Origin: Eledone cirrhosa
Taxonomy: Eukaryota
Direction: 5' to 3'
DNA: 64,000 bases
Assembly: GCA_964016885.1 (NCBI GenBank)
Contig: OZ024754.1
Location: 43,834,001 to 43,898,000, forward strand
The notes beneath the pieces are model-generated. The model ran no database searches and was not told the DNA's origin. It worked only from the letters and a program-made list of their open reading frames with translations. Both the position numbers and the translations under genes were made by a program. Below, piece after piece: positions 56,865-64,000 of the stretch. Positions within the stretch are counted from its first letter, which is position 1, and the number at the start of each line of letters is the position of its first letter.

Positions 56865-57573
56865 ATACATATATTGTATATATATGTGTGTGTGTGTATA
56901 CATATATTGTATATATGTATATAAATTAAGCTGTTTATCCTTTAAAACAATGTTTTATACGTCAACGCATTTAAAGACTTGTTTAAATTAAAGCGACGCA
57001 GTAATTTCTAAAAATGTAAATCCGTAAAGTGAGATAATAAAGAAGATTTGATGGTACTTACTTGTAATATCTCTGAGTGACTAATTGTCAATTAAATATG
57101 TCTGATGTCATATCCGCTTAATAACCGGTGTTACAGTAGTTAGTGTATCTACAGACTTAAAAGACCGGTCACACACCCATCCGACAACTTCGACAATTTA
57201 TTTATATTTTAGATAATTGTTTCTACTTTTGGCACAAGGCCAGCAATTACCCAGTGCATTACTGATACTTTATTTTATCGACCCCTTATGGATGAATGAC
57301 AAAGTTAACCTCGGCGGGATTTGAACACAGAATGGCAAGGGCCGTAACTCTATGCTAGAAAGCATGGCGTCCGACCTTCTACCGACACTGCCAATCCACC
57401 GCCTGTTTTATATTTTAGATAATGAATAAGACTATGTAGATATTGTTATATTTAGGGAAGGGTCATGTTGTTATAATATTGCCAGAAATATATAGTAAAA
57501 CACACTCGCTGTTTGGTTTGTCGACTTACCCTTTTTATAATTCGCTGTGTTGAGAGGGCAATTGAGATATGTT

Positions 57574-58114
57574 GGCACTACCATGCTATTAGCTGTCAGA
57601 AGTTATTTTAATAAAGCATATCTATGTAAGTGGAGTTAGTTAAATGAAAATATAGGTGGCCCTTAAAAGGGCCAAATTAGAAAACAAATTTAAGTTAATT
57701 AGAAAACAAGTCATGGTTATCAAATAAATTGGATTTAATCATTTTCCCAACAGTGGAATTACTTCTGACAGCTAATACCATGAACTTAAATAAATGTTCA
57801 CCAACAGTGGAATTACTTCTGACAGCTAATACCATGAACTATATTTTCATAGTCATGGTTATCAATGTAGAAAACAAGTCATTTTCACCAACAGTGGAGT
57901 TAACTTAAATGAAAATATAAGTGGCCCTTAAAAGGGCCAAATTAGAAAACAAATATATGGCTATCAAATTGTTTTCACCAACCCTATACATTTATGAAGA
58001 AATGTTTAGTTAACAAATTTTTTTCACCACCCTTATATTTACGATTGAGAAGGTTGACGAATGACGTCACCTTCGCCTACTTTTACTTCTGACAGCTAAT
58101 AGCATGGTAGTGCC
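57574..58114. mobile_element. MITE with 29-bp TIR and 8-bp TSD (Merlin-like)
   Basis: TIR GGCACTACCATGCTATTAGCTGTCAGAAG. Flanks are GATATGTT and GAAATGTT. Internal duplications are present. Confidence 0.75.
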
Positions 58115-58775
58115 GAAATGTTTTATATTCTTGTAAATTCCAGATCTGGGTTCAAATATTGCCTAAACTAGTTTTGTTTTCTGGTCTCTCTTTTCATGTG
58201 ACTGTGTAAGTGTATATGTTTGTGTGTGAGTGAATATATGCGTGTTTGTGTAAGTGTGTGAAGTGTGTTTTACATTGTGTATGTGTTTATCGAATCTTAG
58301 ATAATTTCAGTTCCATTTTTAAGGGTGAATAAATTACAATATTTATTTCAATACAATGCTTACAAATAAACACATATTATATCTAAATAGTGCACCTGAG
58401 CATTGTACACAATTATTTTCATTATTTTTCAAAAAAATGAGAAAGTTGTTGAAGACCCGTACACTCAAGAACTGAAGAAGCACTGGAATTTTCACTCTAG
58501 TATTAATTTTTTTTTATTTTTTAGCTTATATATTTACACAATTGCTACAAAATAAATTATGTATACACGTATATAATGACCAAAGGTAACAACACAAAAA
58601 AAAAATGTTTTCTAAATTTTTATTGACTTTCCAAATAAATTAAAACATGGAATATATATGACCCTTTAAAAATGTTTAAGTAAATTCCAAGAGCAGACGA
58701 CTCAATGAAACTCTTCAGTTAAATAAAACAACAAAAGTCAGCATCGTTGGTAAAGGCGTCCCTGGTCGCACCAGA

Positions 58776-58789
58776 GTCTTCTTAGCAAC
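58776..58789 (+). promoter_or_regulatory. RFX X-box upstream of WDR92
   Basis: GTCTTCTTAGCAAC fits RYYNYYWWRRNRAC at all 14 positions and ends 79 nt before the ATG of a cilia gene. Confidence 0.65.
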
Positions 58790-58867
58790 CAGTTGTAACT
58801 TGTGTTAGATTCCAGAGGAATCTAGGAATAATAATATACTAAAGTTTATTAACTTTCTCCATTGACG

Positions 58868-59041
58868 ATGGATAAACCTCAAATAATTTGCCACATACAG
58901 AAATCTCTCGATTATACAATATTTGACTGTAAATGGATTCCTTGTTCAGCAAAGTTTGTTGTTCTTGGTAACCGTGCCCGCGGAACAGGAGTACTCCAGA
59001 CTTATGAAATATCGCATGGCGAAGTCAACCTTGTCCACGAG
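58868..59041 (+). CDS. WDR92: WDR92 exon 1
   Basis: [25 protein letters not shown]..., ending at GAG|GTGAGT. Confidence 0.93.
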
Positions 59042-62000
59042 GTGAGTTGTTTTTTAGTTGTGTGTGGTTAAAATGTCCGCTTCGTAGTCATTAAGTCCCG
59101 GGTACGACCCCACAGCATGGTACTCTGGGCAAGTGACAATTACCATAGCTTTGGATAGACCCATGTCTTGTAAGTAGAACTGGGTAGACGGAAACTGTGT
59201 GGAAGCCCGTCAGATTGACTGTATTTGTAATTTAAAGGCCAGCCTTACCACACACAGAATCTCTATGTTGTTAAATTGGACGAGGGGTTAAGTTTGCCTC
59301 ACAAAATGTAATTCTAATTCAGAATAGTATATTTTTATACCCGACGAAGAAATCTAGCTATGTAGCCGGTAAGAGCGTCGGACACCATGCTCTGCAGCAT
59401 AGAGTTACGTCCCTTTACACTCTGAGTTCAAATTCTGTCGAGGTTAGCTTTGCCTTTCATCCTTACGGAGTCGATAAAATAAATTACCAGTAATGGGGTC
59501 AATTTAATCAACTCAACCCCCAATTTCAATTAATTAATGAAGAATTCTGAGAGAGTTACTAAAATTATTCATTATTTCATTACTAATGTTCATTTTACTG
59601 ATGTTTGTGCATTGCCCTATGTACTGTACATGCACTTTTTTGATGAGTTGTGGTGCACCTGGGCACTGTACACAATATTTCATTATTGTTATTGTTATTA
59701 TATCATGACTCATACAGTTTATTTTCCTGACATTTGTACATTATTCTATGTACTATACATGCACCTTTGATGAGTTGTAGTGCACCTGAGCACTACACAA
59801 TAATTTCATTATTATTATTATTATTATTATAATCCCGCCGAGGTTAACTTTGCCTTTCATCCTTACGTGGTTGATAAAATAAAGTACCAGTAATGCACTG
59901 GGATAATTACTGGCCTTGTGCCAGAAGTAGAAACAATTATTTCATTATTAAGATAGTAACTTAATGTAAGGTTCTTATATATTGATTTAAATTGGAAACC
60001 TTTAAAATGGGTGGTTTTATCTCATAGGACCAGAGATGGTGTTGGCCGGGTTGGTAACTAAAGGGTTAAGGGTGGTGGGTTAACAGTGTAGTGTTTATTT
60101 TATGTATAAAATACCAGTAATGCATTAGGGTCAATATAATCAACGTTCCCTCAAATTGCTGGCCTTGTGCCATTGTTAGAATTATTTTGTAGGATAATGT
60201 TTGTGCCTTCATTGTAATGTTATTTGTTTCTTTTATTTTCCATTAAAATATTAATTTCTATTTTTAGACAGAAAAACCAAAATCCTTTCGCTGTTGTACA
60301 TTTGGTGCTTCCAACATCCAAGAACGACACTTAGCTACAGGAAACTTTCATGGTAAAATGGACATTTGGTTAGTTTCATTTTTAATTTGCCAGTAAAAAC
60401 ATTTCTATACCAATTAATTATATTAATTAACAAACTTTCTTTCAATTAGTGTAAAATAATTAAAATATTTTAATGATAATAATAATGAAATTATTGTGTA
60501 CAGTGCTCAGATGCACTACAGTAGATTTAATATATCGAAATTTGCACAGTAAAAATGTTTTGGGCCTAAAGAATAAGCTTAGCATTTGTAATGATCAGAA
60601 ATAATAGGCTTTTTCTTTATGTATTACAGTTTATATAACATTTTATATTAAGGGACCTTCTACATATATATAATGATATTTTATATTAAAGGGACCTTGT
60701 ACATATTATATGTAACAATATTTTATATTAAGGGACCCTGAACATGTTATATATAATATTTTATTTTTCAGGGACCTCGAACAATCTGAAACTCCTGTCT
60801 ATTCTGTAAACGGCCATACACAAATTATCAACAGTATTGATGGTATTGGAGGTTTGGGAATAGGAGAAGGTGCACCAGAGATTTTAACTGGAAGTAGAGA
60901 TGGTAATATCATCATCATCATTTATCATCCGCTTTTCCTGCTAGTAAGGGTTGGATGGGTCTTCATAAACCAAGTCTTTGTAAGCATGTCCACGGGTTTT
61001 AGACACATGGAATTCAAAAAGGTGCTCAGGGTTGTTATTGGAAAGATGGTGAGTGTATACCAAGTCAATTACCAGACATCGGAGCTTTAATGTATCCATG
61101 CCCAGGGAAGCAAGGCATTCAGAGTATGGTAGATGCCTGGTGGAGGGTATCCTAGTAATAGTCTTCTCACCTCAAGTGTAATTTGAATTAGTTATAATGC
61201 CATGGTTAAATACATCAAGTATATTACTACTAACTTTACCATTTGGTTATATTATATATATTATTATTTTGCAATCACAATCATTTGTTGCAGGAATGGT
61301 GAAAGTGTGGGATCCAAGACAGAAAGATAAACCTGTGGCAATAATGGAACCAAAAGAGGGAGAAACTAAAAGAGATTGCTGGGCTGTAGCATTTGGTAAA
61401 TATATTCTTTTTCTTTTGTGTTGCTTTATGATAAAAGTACATGAAGTTTCTTTCTTCTACTTGGTTGTGGTCTAATATTAATAATTTCCTAATTATATGT
61501 GTTTAACCCTTTAGCATTTAAACCGGCCAGAATTCTCTCACCTTTTTCTGTTCAAACCAGCTGTAACCAGCTGCTCATACTGGCATTAAAGAATTGATTT
61601 CAAAATAAATATCAAAATCTCATAGATTCAATATTAACTGAGATATTTTGTAAGATAAAGCCTTTTTCACAAAAATACAATAGTATATATAAAGTAGTGC
61701 AAATGATAAAGGGTTAAAGAAACATTATTTTCCCTACTGGGTGTACCTCACAAAGTGTATGACACAGGATCACATTGATGGCAATTTAGTGTAATTGAGA
61801 AGACTCATCTTCTTACACAAGCAGGATGAAATAATGATGAGAAGGATGGTAGTCAAGAAGTAGAGGAGAGTAACGACAGATCTCCTCTTGATCATTTCTA
61901 CTAAATGTTCTGTTTACAATTTAAAATATCTTAGAATTTTCCTTGTAAATGTATTTCACTGTTTACTATTGTAGGCAATGCTTTTACTGCAACTGACCGC

Positions 62001-63731
62001 TGTGTATGTTCTGGCTATGATAACGGAGACATTAAATTATTTGACCTGAAAACAATGTCCTTGCGATGGGAAACCAACATTAAGAACGGGGTATGTCTGC
62101 ATAATTTTATTTTTATATATATTAATTGTACAGAAACATATGTAAATAAGCTGTAGGCCTCTGGCCCATCTCAAATAAAGGTACTTATGTTGTACCTCTT
62201 CCTGATAGCTGAGATATAGGTACTTATGTTGTACCTCATCCTGATAGCTGGGATATAGGTACTTATGCTGTACCTCATCCTGATAGCTGAGATATAGGTA
62301 CTTTTGTTGTACCTCATCCTGATAGCTGGGATATAGGTACTTTTGTTGTACCTCATCCTGATAGCTGGGATATAGGTACTTATGTTGTACCTCATCCTGA
62401 TAGCTGAGATATAGGTACTTATGTTGTACCTCATCCTGATAGCTGAGATATAGGTACTTTTGTTGTACCTCATCCTGATAGCTGGGATATAGGTACTTAT
62501 GTTGTACCTCATCCTGATAGCTGGGATATAGGTACTTTTGTTGTACCTCATCCTGATAGCTGAGATATAGGTACTTATGTTGTACCTCATCCTGATAGCT
62601 GAGATATAGGTACTTTTGTTGTACCTCATCCTGATAGCTGGGATATAGGTACTTATGTTGTACCTCATCCTGATAGCTGGGATATAGGTACTTATGTTGT
62701 ACCTCATCCTGAAAGCTGGGGTATAGGTACTTATGTTGTACCTCATCCTGAAAGCTGGGATATAGGTACTTGTACTTCACCCTGACAGCTGGGATATAGG
62801 TACTTGTACTTCACCCTGACAGCTGGGATATAGGTACTTGTACTTCACCCTGACAGCTGGAATATAGGTACTTGTACTTCACCCTGACAGCTGTATAAAC
62901 TAAGGACTATGGAATAGAAAGAACCACATACAGACAGTGAAACAATTGCAGCGGGATTGAATGGACAGGCTAATACATATTTAGTTTGTTTCTTCAGAAG
63001 AAAATATAAAGTGGAACTAAAGTTGAGGGGGTGATTAAACTGTGGAGGCCAATAGTTTGAAAAGTCTACATTATCAGAGATCTCATTATTACAATAGGTA
63101 CACCATATCTCTGATAATGTAGACCTTTATTTTCAATAATTGTTAAACTGTTAATACTACAGTAGTGTCAATATATACATTTAATCTGATCTGATAATAT
63201 TGTAAAACTCTGTTAGGGGACATATAATGACCCCTTAAACTCTAAAATCTGTTATTTCTGTGTTTATTTAACAGGTGTGTTCTCTGGAGTTTGATAGAAA
63301 AGACATCAACATGAACAAACTTGTTGCTACAACTCTTGAATCAAAGTTTCATGTTTATGATATGAGAACCCAACACACAACCAAGGGTTTTGCATCGGTG
63401 ACAGAAAAAGTAAGATTCAAACAAATATCACCTTTCATTATATTCCACAACCTGTCAAATCTTATTGTTTATTATTCCAGCTTGTATATTGTGGCACAAG
63501 CACAGTATATTATCCTGACACAAGCACTATGGATGTTGTGATATGTTGTGATATTGTGACACAACTGATGATGATGATGTGTACAATATTTTAACTCCTG
63601 TTTTTTTCTTTTAATTTCTCAATTGTACAGGCTGCTCATAAATCTACAATTTGGTCAGTACGCCATCTTCCCCAGAATCGAGATGTTTTTATGACAATGG
63701 GCGGCAATGGTTCTGTAAATCTTTGGAAATA
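58868..63731 (+). CDS. WDR92: WD repeat protein 92 / dynein axonemal assembly factor 10, exons 1-7 (3' end beyond the window)
   Basis: Manual join of 58868-59041, 60268-60368, 60772-60902, 61294-61395, 61975-62090, 63275-63409 and 63631-63731, all GT-AG with consistent phases. Motifs [65 protein letters not shown] and [11 protein letters not shown] are present. Confidence 0.95.
60268..60368 (+). CDS. WDR92: WDR92 exon 2
   Basis: [34 protein letters not shown]. Confidence 0.92.
60772..60902 (+). CDS. WDR92: WDR92 exon 3
   Basis: [15 protein letters not shown]...[12 protein letters not shown]. Confidence 0.93.
61294..61395 (+). CDS. WDR92: WDR92 exon 4
   Basis: [34 protein letters not shown]. 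Confidence 0.93.
61503..61716. mobile_element. piggyBac-type MITE, about 210 bp (relatives at 49776-49979, 39484-39697, 23240-23440, and 22313-22780 interrupted by a SINE)
   Basis: TTAA-CCCTTTA...TAAAGGG-TTAA ends, and shared internal GAACAGAAAGAGGTGAGAGAATTCTGG. Confidence 0.78.
61975..62090 (+). CDS. WDR92: WDR92 exon 5
   Basis: [38 protein letters not shown]. Confidence 0.93.
62179..62893. repeat. 39-bp minisatellite (shorter variant at the 3' end) in WDR92 intron 5
   Basis: Unit AGGTACTTATGTTGTACCTCATCCTGATAGCTGGGATAT. Confidence 0.95.
63275..63409 (+). CDS. WDR92: WDR92 exon 6
   Basis: [34 protein letters not shown]...EK. Confidence 0.93.
63631..63731 (+). CDS. WDR92: WDR92 exon 7
   Basis: [33 protein letters not shown], ending at TA|GTAAGT. 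Confidence 0.92.
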
Positions 63732-64000
63732 GTAAGTAAAATTATTTCTCTATATTTTATATTCAATATCCTTTGAAATTAAGACTTTTTTAAAAAGTTT
63801 AATTTATTCAGCCTTTAGATAATTTTAGGGAGAGCAGAGAAAATGTTTTATCATATTTGTTTATGCTCACCTTCTGAGGTCCCCAACAACCTCAGTCCAA
63901 TGAATGAAACCTCTAATTGAATAAGGAGAAAGAAGTATCTTGCGGAAGGCCACACATTGTTCCTTTCCTTGACATCAATATGAATGGCCAGTTTAAACAG

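Noticed and set aside
62037-62780. 247-aa repeat ORF ([13 protein letters not shown])n, and similar ORFs at 36029-36541 and 32230-33114
   Set aside because: They stay open only because the repeat units lack stops in that frame. They are intronic or intergenic minisatellites.

Overview
AT-rich, microsatellite- and repeat-dense eukaryotic DNA. The SINE/RTE repeat content looks like a coleoid cephalopod (Octopus-like), which is an inference. Three host genes can be read. (1) ABHD18, with an intronless CDS (+, 27642-29120). (2) Presenilin, 11 coding exons (-, 51225 to 35602, about 524 aa, with WD, GLGD and PALP motifs). (3) The first 7 exons of WDR92/DNAAF10 (+, 58868 to beyond 63731), divergent from presenilin and preceded by an RFX X-box. 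The rest is RTE LINE fragments and their partner SINE, tRNA-derived SINEs, hAT, pogo, piggyBac and Merlin MITEs, minisatellites and (TA)n-centred palindromes. The main unannotated signal is a set of short, sequence-diverse elements sitting in or beside (TA)n tracts that fold by eye into type I hammerhead ribozymes (CUGANGA...GAAA...UH, closed by stem I, with palindromic stem III). There are five complete-looking motifs: 18293-18352 (+), 18406-18460 (-), an inverted pair at 24745-24807 (-) and 24893-24955 (+), and 41872-42012 (-). The last is in the sense orientation of a presenilin intron. Several decayed copies also occur. Most ORF-track entries are repeat artefacts. All folds and splice models were made by hand and are not computationally verified.
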